Origin: Heptranchias perlo | Lineage: Eukaryota | Length of the DNA stretch: 64,000 nucleotides | Reading direction: 5' to 3' | Assembly: GCF_035084215.1 (NCBI RefSeq) | Contig: NC_090327.1 | Coordinates: 7,936,001 to 8,000,000, forward strand | Shown: in pieces, positions 37,420 through 48,329 of the stretch | Layout of the letters: each line of letters opens with the position of its first letter | Position numbering within the stretch: the stretch's first letter is position 1 | Notes under the pieces: generated by a model | The model's input: the letters and a program-made list of their open reading frames with translations, nothing else | Databases searched by the model: none | What the model was told of the DNA's origin: nothing | Position numbers and translations under genes: made by a program

Positions 37420-38345
37420 GGGCACAATTTCCAAATTTGCAGACGATACAAAATTTGGAAGTGTAGTGAACAGTCAGTAGGCGAGTGATAGACTTCAAGA
37501 GGATATAGACAGGCTGGTGAAATGGGCGGACACGTGGCAGATGAAATTTAACGCAGAAAAATGCGAGGTCATATATTTCAGTAGGAAGAAAGAGGCGAGG
37601 TAATATAAGCTAGAGGGCACAACTCAAAGGGGTGCAGGAACAGAGATCTGGGGGTATATGTGCACAAATCGTTGAAGGCGGCAGGGCAGGTTCAGAAAGC
37701 GATTATAAAAGTATACAGGACACTGAGCTTTATAAATAAATAGAGGCAAGGAAGTCACGATGAACCTTTATAGAACAATGGTTCGACCACAACTGGAGTA
37801 TTGTGTCCAATTCTGGGCACCGCACTTCAATAAAGATGTGAAGGCCTTAGAGAGGGTGCAGAAGAGATTTACCAGAATGATTCCAGGGATAAGGGACTTC
37901 AGTTATGTGGATAGACTGGAGAAGCTGGGGTTGTTCTCCTTGGAACAGAGAAGGTTGAAGAGAGATTTGATAGAGGTTTTTAAAATCATGAAGGGTCTAG
38001 ACAGAGTAGATAGAGAGAAACTGTTCCCATTGGCAGAAGGGTCAAGAACCAGAAGACATCGATTTAAGGTGATTGGCAAAAGAAACAAAAAAGGTGACAT
38101 GAGGAAAAACCTTTTCTTTTAAAAACACAGCAAGTGGTTCGGATCTGGAATGCACTGCCAGGGGGGTGGTGGAGGCAGATTCAGTCATGGCCTTCAAAAA
38201 GGAACTTGAAAGGAAATAATTTGCAGGGCTATGTGGGATAGGGCAGGAGAGTGGGACTAGCTGGATTGCTCCTTGCATAGAGCTAGCACAGACTCGATGG
38301 GCCAAATGGCCTCCTTCCGTGCTGTAACCTATGACTATGATTATG
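37420..38345 (+). mobile_element. CR1 LINE 3' fragment
   Basis: ORF 37760..38122; tail ending in (ctatga)n-like repeats. Confidence 0.88.
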
Positions 38346-39426
38346 ATCCAGGCACATTTCACTCCAAATACAGATTGGAATTCAGAAGAATATGGGGAAG
38401 GAATAACTTATCACTCCCTTCCTCCACAACTTCCAATCCCAACATATGCCACACCCCAGCTGAATATTAGGCGATATGCTCTCAGATCTCTTCCAATACT
38501 GCTCTGTAATACAGCATGAGAAACATCCATTTTTTGGGTGGGTGTAAAAGAGCGAGTAAGCGAGAGGAGAAAGACACTGCATAAATGTCTGATGACCAAG
38601 CAGCTACTCTCCCTCAAATAACTAACAACTGAGATTTGTAACTCAATCACACGGGAAGTATGGGAATGAACTTGCATCCTGCTAGTCCATGACACATTAC
38701 AGCTCAGTACCCCGTGTCAGCATGCTGACCATGAAAGGAAGAATTTAATGTGACCAGCCCATTCGTCTTATTGATTTAGAAAGTTCCAATGATCATTGTG
38801 TATCAGTGAAACTGAGGCAGTTTTTTTTTATTGAAATTTTGGAAAGTAGCTCCCAATGTCAATACTTTTTTTTTTGCAGGTGGGGGGGGGGGGGGGGAGA
38901 GAAAGAGAGGGAGAGAAGAAAAGATAGATATTTGAAAAATAAATGACTGTTAAAAAATGCATTTTATTGCTATGTCCCAAGGGTGCTGTAACCTATAGGA
39001 ATAAAAATTCCCAGAGAACAAACTCACAGGATTAATAAAATGTCAACTTTCTCTGCTCTGCACAATCTAACTACCAGCATGGATAAAAATATTATTTAGC
39101 AGAGGAGCTGGTGTTCTCCACAATGCGTCATACAAGGACTTCTACTTCTCTTCCCATTTAACATGCAATAACAAACTTTAAAAATAAACAAGCATATCAG
39201 ATTGCTAGAACACAAAAACTTTCCAACAAGTGGGAGTTGTCCCAAAGCCTTGATTCAACTGTGTTTTTCTCCTGGAAGTCACGAATTGGACATGTGAATC
39301 CAAAAGAAAGCCAAAAACTGAAGGATTAAAACGCAAAGAAACAAGACATACAAATGACACAAGTTGCGTGATATACTTTGAATTTAAAATCTGAATACTC
39401 CACCCTATACTTGGAAGCACAAATAC

Positions 39427-40099
39427 TACGGGCCGGAAATTGCTCACGTCGGCATGGCAAAATCCGCAGCAGCCCCTATAAATGAAATGAACGAATTAAC
39501 TTACCAAGGCATAGAATCACTTGATTTAAAACATTTGAAAGAAATCGCATCAGCTCAGCCTCTGAATAGCATGGGCTGATGCGCATGGGAAATGGCTGAG
39601 AATGGAAGCCCCGCCCACAAGCAGGCAAGTAAAACTCATTTGGTGAGCATGTTCGTGTAAATAAAAACCATTATAAAAAGCCACAGACATGATTTAATCT
39701 AATTAAACTTGAAGTAAATTTTTTTTAATCAAGAGTAATTTGACATTCCACATTTTAAAATTTAATTTTTTGTTGATTCACTGTCATTAACAGTCATCGC
39801 GCTTCCAAAAAAGTGTAGGGCTGGTATTTTCCAGCGTACCTTTCGTTGGCGTAAATATCTTCGTTACAGCTGGACAGATTGGTAAGTTTACGAATGTTTA
39901 ATGATTACTACTGATTTCAGCATAGGTGGCCCTTTAATTCGGAACTGTCAAACCGACGACAAACCAATGGGAGCAAGTTTGAGACTTCCTGGTTTTGATG
40001 CGCATGTGTCCATTTGCAAACTTACGCCATCGATTCGCCGGCGGTTGGAGAGGACACCGTGGCAATACGGCGTCCACAGGTGAGTAATTTGTGGGTCTA
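39427..40099. mobile_element. Putative non-autonomous DNA element with degenerate TIRs
   Basis: Left end tacgggccggaaattgctca versus right-end reverse complement tagacccacaaattactca; CpG-rich subterminal blocks around an AT-rich centre. Confidence 0.45.
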
Positions 40100-40479
40100 G
40101 AAGTTCAATATTTTTCAACATTGTATCAGGACATGTGTTACACTGGAGCTGTAGCATTCAAATTCTACATTGATTTGAGTACAGTCATATTAAATGCACA
40201 AATGTTATTAAAAAATTGTACAATGTGTAATTCCATCCCAGTAATTAAGCATACAAGCCTCCCCAAAGTGCTTTTCAAATCAAAGGAAACATCCAAGAAT
40301 CAATCCGCAGTTTACTACAACAGAATACAGAACTAACCACACTGAAGCCTGTTGGTTTACACAGTTTGAAGCATAGAGCTTTAGGGTTAGAAATGCATAT
40401 CTCTCAGACATCTCACTCGCCAGGAACAACATTCCATTTAATATGCTGCATATCCAGTTCAGGAGCTGTTTTGACAATG

Positions 40480-41160
40480 CACATAATCTAGTCTGACACT
40501 CCAGTGCAGTACTGAAGTGCTGCACTATCGGAGGTGCCGTCTTTCAGATTAGACGTTAAACCGAGGTCCCGTCTGCCCCCTCAGGTGGAAATAAAAAGAT
40601 CCCACAGCACTATTTTGAACAGTAGGGGGTGCTCCAGTGTTCTGGCCAATATTTATCCCTCAACCAACTAAAATAGATTAACTGGTCATTATTTCATTGC
40701 TGTTTGTAGGATCTTGTGAACAAATCCACTGCCACATTTCCGACATTACAACAACGTGCATTCATTGTGCCTTTAACGTAGTGAAACTTCCCAAGACGTT
40801 TCACAGGAGCAAACAAAATCTGACACCAAGCCACATAAGGAGATATTAGGACAGGTGACCAAAAGCTTAGTCAAAGAGGTCGGTTTTAAGGAATGTCTTC
40901 AAGGAGGAGCGGTAGAGAGGTAATTCCAGAGCTTGGGGCCTAGATAGCTGAAGGCACGGCCGCCAACGGCCAGAATTGGAGAAGCGCAGAGATCCGAGGG
41001 CTGTAGGAGATTACAGGGATAGGAAGGGGCGAGGCCACGGAGGGATTTGAAAACAAATTACAATAGTGACTACTCTTCAAAAACACTTCATTCGTTATGA
41101 AGTGCTTTGGGGCATCCTGAGGTCATGAAAGGTGCTATATAAATACAAGTTCTTTCTTTC
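40480..41160 (+). mobile_element. Deu-domain SINE with a nested minus-strand L2 3' fragment (~40750-41058)
   Basis: Deu core ggaggtgccgtctttcagattagacgttaaaccgagg; SINE breaks after attacaac and resumes at attacaatagtgactac. Confidence 0.8.
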
Positions 41161-42031
41161 TATATATGAGCCACTATCCATATTTGTCGCAAAAGAACAA
41201 ACTTGAACTTTACATCAGTATCGGGTATACCACTCCAGGGACCATTAACAACAAATACGATAGATTAATTTGTTCAGATGCAGCTCAGATTACATCTAAC
41301 TTCACCAGTCCCTTCTAGCTTTCAATGGGCTAATTTTTAAAAATCAAAATATTCATTTTTTTTCTACAATTACGTTTTGCATTAAAGCAGTTAATCTCTA
41401 AATAAAATTGAGTAGTCCCTGTTTAAACATAAGTGGGAGCCTATTTTAAAATTTTTTTTTAAAAAAACCTTGAACAAGCTAATCTTAGACATAATGGGCT
41501 AAGATGTTAACAAGGAAAACACAAGTCAGCACAGTCAGATAGGTTATATAAAAAAAAACTAGTGCACACACATCTGGAAGGATGCAGCACAAGAACCAGA
41601 GGAACAAACAAATGTAGAAAAAAAACCAGAAGTCTGCTCTGACAAGGATCCGTTTCTGATTTTAAGTTATGGCGCACTGCATTAAAACTTAGCTTTTAAA
41701 AAGGACATTTCAAAATTACATTACTGCAGCTTTAAATAATAGGAATAGCTAAACCAGATACAAACTGAAATCAATTACTGAATTGGACTTGTCCAAATAT
41801 TCACTCAAAAATATTGTTTGCCTGGAGATGGTCTCTTTTTCTATCCCTAACTGCTCTGCCCTTTGCAGCCAATACCATGAGAACACAAACAGATAAAGAC
41901 CAAAAAAATCATTGATAATACTGAAGATTGAGAAATTCAGACAACCATAACGAGCGAGATAGTTCAAAAATAAAAACTGGGCAAGGGAGAAATGAAGTAA
42001 CTGCTAAGCCCACACCAACTTAAGAAAATAC

Positions 42032-42115
42032 CTGCATGGAACTTGGACGAACTCAGCTGCGTCAAAGTGTCTTTCCAATTATTGTACCATGGAACACTAG
42101 CTTTAACTGAGCGAT
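42032..42115 (-). CDS. TRAPPC8: Candidate alternative TRAPPC8 exon (84 nt, phase 1-1), similar to exon 3
   Basis: Pyrimidine-rich acceptor tgttctgttttccatcag, donor CAG/GTATTT; open in the TRAPPC8 frame: (D)RSVKASVPWYNNWKDTLTQLSSSKFHA. Confidence 0.6.
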
Positions 42116-42284
42116 CTGATGGAAAACAGAACATGATATTAATGACCCATCACTGAGTTAAAAATTTCTTGTTTCATGTATAGAAATGCCCAAAAGAAAA
42201 ATGGGCTTTCTAAAACAATATAGTGCTTTAAAAAAAGACTTGTAAAAGTATTTTCCACTCCCAAGTTCATTTACTCACAAAACA

Positions 42285-42450
42285 CAGTCCCCACAACACA
42301 CACTGTCCCCTCTTATCTTGGGCAGCCGCCTATATCGGGAAAATGCCACTGACCATTTGCTATAGGCGTCAATTACAAAGGCGCAGCTTAAACTGGTATT
42401 AAGCTTGCCGGCTATTTCAGGCAGTTCAAGCAGCTGTTCATGTTTAAACC
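42285..42450. mobile_element. Partial second copy of the CAGTCCCCAC MITE
   Basis: Similar to the reverse complement of 15237-15388 (gtcaattacaaa...aagcagctgttcat). Confidence 0.6.
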
Positions 42451-42671
42451 ACACAAATGGAGAAGTCAAAGCATGCTTTTAAATGTTACTCCTGGTGCGA
42501 AAATTGCAAGTACTACTGACCGCTTAAGGAGAGATAGCTGTTTCTTTAAAGAATTAACAATGTTCCACGGTGCATTTTGGTAGAAACAGGCGCCCCTCGT
42601 GGCAAACGTTGTCTTCAAGTTCACATTTGTCGTTCTTTCAAAAACAGACTCAAATGCCCATTTAACTTAAT

Positions 42672-42772
42672 CCGGTTCTGACGAAGGGTCATCGACCTGA
42701 AACGTTAATACTTTCTCCACAGATGCTGCCTCACTTGCTGAGCTTCTCCAGCATTTTCTGCTTTTATTTAAC
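42672..42772 (+). mobile_element. Penelope-like pLTR fragment with a hammerhead motif
   Basis: CTGACGA-AGGGTC-ATC-GACCT-GAAA-CGTT followed by cacagatgctgcc...ccagcattttctgcttttattt. Confidence 0.7.
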
Positions 42773-42791
42773 TTAACACTGCTGGCTTGGG

Positions 42792-44680
42792 GGAGTTTTA
42801 GAAACCAAAGGACGACCAAAAAATTGAGAGAAAATAGAATATGAAAGCAAATTAGCAAGAAACATAAAAACGGATTCTAAGAGCTTCTACAAGTACGTAA
42901 AAAGAGTAGCAGCAAAAGTAAACGTTGGTCCCTTCGAGGCTGAGACTGGAGAAATTATAATGGGGAATCAGGAAGTGGCAGATGCGTTGAACAAATATTT
43001 TGTATCTGTCTTCACAGTAGAAGACACAAAAAACATAGCAGAAATAGCAGGAAACCAAAGGTCTAAATGCGAATGAGTAACTTAATATAATTAATATCAG
43101 TAGAAAAAAAGTACTTGAGAAACTAATGGAACTAAAAGCCGATAAATCCCCTGGACCTGATGGCCTACATCCTGGAGTTCTAAAAGAGGTGGCTGCAGAG
43201 ATAGTGGATGCATTAGTTATGATCTTCCAAAATTCCCTAGATTCTAGAATGGTCCTAGCAGATTGAAAGGTAGCAAATGTGACCATGCTAGTCAAGAAAG
43301 GAGAGAGAAAAAACAGGGAACTACAGGCCAGTTAGCCTGACATCAGTCATCTGGAAAATGCTGGAATCCATTATATTAAGTGGTAACAGGGCCCTTAGAA
43401 AATATGGTTAGGCAGTCAACATGGTTTTATGAAAGGGAAAGTGTTTGACAAATTTATTAGAGTTTTTTGAGGATGTAACTAGCAGGGTAGATAAAGGGGA
43501 ACCAATGGATTTTGTATATTTGGATTTTTAAAAGGCATTTGATAAGGTGCCACACAAGATAAGGGCTCATGGGGTTAGGGGTTAACATATTAGCATGGAC
43601 AAAGGACTGGATAACAGACACAAAGCAGAGAGTAAGGATAAACGGGTCTCAGGTTAGCAAGCTGTAACTAGTGGGGTGCCGCAAGGATCGGTGCTTGGGC
43701 CTCAGCTATTTGCAATCTATATTAATGACTTAGATGAAGGGACCTGGTGTAATATATCCAAGTTTGCAGAGGATACAAAGCTAGGTGGAAAAGTAAGCTG
43801 TGAGGAGGACACGAGTCTGCAAAGGGATAAAGACAGGTAAGTGAATGGGCAAGAAGGTGGCAGATGGAGTATAATGTGGGGAAATGTGAGGTTATTCACT
43901 TTGGTAGGAAGAATAGAAAAACAGAATATTTTTTAAATGGAGAGAAACTATTAAATGTTGGTGTTGAGAGAGACTTGGGTGTCCTTGTACAAGGAACACA
44001 AAGTTAGCATGCAGGTACAGCAAGCAATTCGGAAAGCAAATGGCATGTTGGCCTTTATTGCAAGGGGGTTGGAGTAAGAGTAAGAAAGTCTTACTACATT
44101 GAACAGGCTTTGACGAGACCGCACCTGTGTACAGTTTTGGTCTCCTAATCTAAGGAAGGATACACTTGCCTTAGAGGCGGTGCAATGAAGGCTCACTAGA
44201 TTAATTCCAGGGATGAGAGGGTTGTTCCATGAGAAGAGGTTGTGTAGAATAGTCTATACTCTCTGGAGTTTGTAAGAATGAGAGGTGATCTCATTGAAAC
44301 ATAACATTGAGGGGGCTCGACAAGGTAGTTGCTGAAAGACTGTTTCCCATGGTTGGAGAGTCCAGCACTGGGGGGAGGGGGGGGGGGGGTAAGAGTCACA
44401 GGATAAGGGGTCGACGATTTAAGACTGAGATGAGGAGGAATTTCTTCACTCATAGGGTTGTGAATCTTTGGAATTCTCTATCCCAGAGGGCTGCAGATGC
44501 TCAGTCGCTTAATACATTCAAGGCTGAGAAGACAGATTTTCAGACTCTAGGGGAATCAAGGGATATGGGGATCAGAAAAGAAAATGGAGTTGAGGTCGAA
44601 GATCAACCATGATCTGATTGAATGGCGCAGCAGGTGCGAAGGTCCATGTGGCCTACTCCTGCTCCCATTTCTTATGTTCA
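42792..44680 (+). mobile_element. CR1 LINE (decayed RT and 3' UTR)
   Basis: [26 protein letters not shown] 44307..44612; tail ctcccatttcttatgttc. Confidence 0.9.
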
Positions 44681-45452
44681 TTGGGGTTTGCATAACTTTT
44701 TTCGCAAATCTATTATATTGCTACTTCTTTTGTGGAAAGGGGTTTCTCTCGGAACTATACGAGGTCCTGGTATAGTAACCTGGGACAACTCGGCCACATT
44801 ATACCGACCATCATGTGCCTGCTGGCACATCGCGTTCACACAAACTGCCCGCTATACATGGAGACTGTACTGGTTAAGTCAGACAACATCTATCCTGACT
44901 GAAACCACATCACTTCCCTATATCCAATATATGGCACTTTCAAATGACTGCCTTCAGTTCCACTGAATCAGAGGTGACAATAGGCAATCTTCACAGGCAT
45001 CATTTGCAACACATGTAAAAGTTGAACTACCACAGGTTAAACGGTGTAAAACTTGAACTGAAGAACCCAGTTAGACAAGAAATTTCAGTGCATGTACTTT
45101 AAAGATTTTCCTGACACCACGAAAGCACACCATAGGCTGGAATGCCAAATAAAGCATTTTCTGCTGAGAACATTCTCCTTTAGAAGAGAACTGTAATGGT
45201 TAGAACAAAGTATTTACCCACTGCAGATCAATATGATCAAGTAGGCTAGTATGTAATCACTGGTCAGAGTGTGCTATTTTGCAACTTCTGAAATGAGAAG
45301 AGTACGTGTGGGTATTTCACATATTCTCCAATAAGCAGCTTACCATAATTTTGGGTTAATTGTTAATTTTTTGTTGTGAATGGGTTACCATGTGAAAGTT
45401 TAAGACGTAGGTTTCTGTCCACGAAATCCCAAATCGTAGAAACTTTAAGACG

Positions 45453-45552
45453 CAGTTCTGATGAAAGATCATCGATCTGAAACATTAACTGTTTCTTGCC
45501 ACAGCTGCTGCCCGACCTGTTGAGTATTTCCATTGTTTTCTATGTTTATTTA
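45453..45552 (+). mobile_element. Penelope-like pLTR fragment with a hammerhead motif
   Basis: CAGTT-CTGATGA-AAGATC-ATC-GATCT-GAAA-CATT-AACTG; same family as 42672. Confidence 0.7.
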
Positions 45553-45904
45553 TGATGCAAGCAGTCAGTTAAATGGCACGCCATAAAGACAATGAATGAA
45601 GCCTCAAGGCAAATCAAATTATGGCATGTTTGTCCAGGTGAAATTTTCCACTGCTGTCATTTGGGAAAGCCGTATTAGACACCTTTTAGGTCAAGGAGTC
45701 CCAGCAATTTCCTGGTCAAATTCCGTGGACGTAATCACGATGTTCGACCAGCATGACTTCATTTGAAGGAGCTTTTTCATAATCTCTGTTCCACTGACTT
45801 TAACAGTGCCCATGTTTTTTTTCTCCTCTATTCCTGTTCCGTTGGCAGCTCTTTGTTACTTCACCCAAGCAGCCAGAATGAATTTTGGGGCTCCCACTGA
45901 CTGG

Positions 45905-46285
45905 GATTAAGCCATGTTTTAATCAAAAGAGGTGCTGTTCCTTCAGCTTCATTGGAACAGCATTGGAGGCGGAGGACAGGGAGGTCAGAGTGGGAGTGGG
46001 ACAGAAAATTAAAAAGGGCAAACAACCAGATCAGGGTCACGCTTGTGGAATGAGCAAAAGCGTTCAGCAATGCCACCACCCAATCTGAGTTTGGTCGCCT
46101 CAATGTAGAGGAAATCGCATTGTGAGCAGTGAATACAGTACAATAAATTTAAAGTACAAGTAAATCACATTCACCTGCAAGGAGCGTTTGGGGCCCTAGA
46201 CGGTGGGAAGGGAGGTGGTGAAGGGGCAGGTGTTGTATCTCCTGTGCTCGAACGGGAAGGTGCCATAGGAAAGGGACCAGGTGTT
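45905..46285 (-). mobile_element. Penelope-like element remnant (GIY-YIG region)
   Basis: Minus strand reads LLYCIHCSQCDFLYIEATKLRLG...AERF; homologous to 17118-17430. Confidence 0.7.
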
Positions 46286-46399
46286 GTTTTTTCAAAAAAA
46301 ATCAAAAGATGCAGTGCTGTCCTCATTTGAACTTAATACAGTTATATGTTTTTCATCCATACTACAACTAATCATGTACAGACATCTCATCTAGACTCC

Positions 46400-48303
46400 A
46401 CAAAGGGTGAAACAACATTGGCTAACTAAGGAAGGAAAAGATGGTATCAGGTTAAAAGAAAAAGCATACATGACAAAGATTACTGGTAAGCCCGAAGATT
46501 GGGAAAAATTCTTTTAGTCATCCTTTGCTGGTTTTTAAAGATGGAGAAAATAAATGAGAGTAAACTAGCAAGAAATATAAAAACTGACAGTAAAAGCTTC
46601 TACAAGTATGAGACTGGGGAAATAATAATGGAAAACAAGGAAATGGCAGAGGAATTGAACAGATATTTTGTATCCGTCTTCACAGTAGAAGACACCAATA
46701 ATAGTAGAAAATCAAGGGGCAAAGGGGAGGGAGGAACTAAAAACAATCACTAGAGAAAAAGTACTAGGTAAACTAATGGGTCCAAAGGCTGACAAGTCCC
46801 CTGGACCTGATGGCTTGCATCCGAGGGTCTTAAAGGAAGTGGCTACAGAGATAGTGGATGCGTTGGTTGTAATCTTCCGGAATTCACTAGATTCTGGAAA
46901 GGTCCCAGCGGATTGGTAAACCGCAAACGTAACGCCCCTATTCAAGAAAGGAGGGAGACAGAAAGCAGGTAACTATAGACCAGTTAGCCTAACATCTGTC
47001 ATTGGAAAAATGCTAGAATCCATTATTAAGGAAGTCATAGCTGGACATTTGGAGACTCATAATACAATCAAAGAGAGTCAACATGGTTTTATGAAGGGGA
47101 AATAGTGTCTGACGGGCAAGGTGGATAAAGGGGAACCAATGGATGCAGTATATTTGGATTTCCAAAAGGCATTCAATAAGGTGCCATATAAAAGATTATT
47201 GCACAAGATAACAGCTCATGGTGTTTCGGGGTAATATACTGGCATGGATAGAGGATTAGCTAACTAACAGAAAACAAAGTCGGGATAAAAGGGTCGTTTT
47301 CAAAATGGCAATCTGTAACTAGTGGGGTGCCGCAGGGCTCAGTGCTGGGGCCTTAACTATTTACAATATATATCAATGACTTGGATGAAGAAAGAGTGTC
47401 TTGTGGCCAAATTTGCTGATGATACAAACATAGGTGGAAAAGCAAGTTGCGATGAGGACACAGTGTCTGCAAAGGGATATTGACAGGTTAAGTGAATGGG
47501 CAAAAATTTGGCAGATGGAATATAATGTGGGAAAATGTGAAGTCATCCACTTTGGGAGGAAAAATTAAAAGCAATATATTATTTGAATGGCGAAATACTA
47601 CAAAATGCTGCAGTACAGAGGGATCTGGGTGTCCTCGTACATGAAACACAAGTCAACATGCAGGAGCAGCAAGTAATCCGGAAGGCAAACAGAATATTGA
47701 CCTTTATTTCTAGGGGAATGGAGTATAAAAGCAGGGAGGTCATGCTACAACTGTACAGGGTGCTGGTGAGACCACACCTGGAGTACTGCGTACAGTTCTA
47801 GTGCCCTTATTTAGGAAGGACATACTTGCATTGGAGGCAGTTCAGAGAAGGTTCACTAGGTTGATTCCAGGTATTGAAGGGTTGTCTTATGAGGAAAGAT
47901 TGAACAGGGTTGGGTCTATACTCATTGGAGTTTAGAAGAATGAGAGGAGATCTTATTGAAACATACAAGATTCTGAGGGGACTCGATAGGGTAGATGCTG
48001 AGAGGATGTTACACCTCATGGGGGAATCTAAAACTAGGAAGCATAGTCTCAGAATAAGGGGTCACCCATTTTAGACGGAAATGAGGAGGAATTTCTTCTC
48101 CCAGAGGCTAGTGAATCTTTGGAATTCTTTACTCCAAAAAGCTGTGGAGGCTGAGTCATTGAATACATTCAAGGCTGAGTTCGACAAATTTTTAATCAGC
48201 AAGGGAGTCAAAGGATATGGGGAAAAGGGGGGAAAGTGGAGTTGAGGTAAAAATCAGATCAGCCATGATCTCTTTGAATAGCCGACTCCTATCTCATGGT
48301 CTA
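46400..48303 (+). mobile_element. CR1 LINE (decayed RT and 3' UTR)
   Basis: KSPGPDGLHPRVLKEVA, NYRPVSLTS, KFADDT, ORF 47583..47801. Confidence 0.9.
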
Positions 48304-48329
48304 TCCCAAATGATGGCCATGTGATTTTC

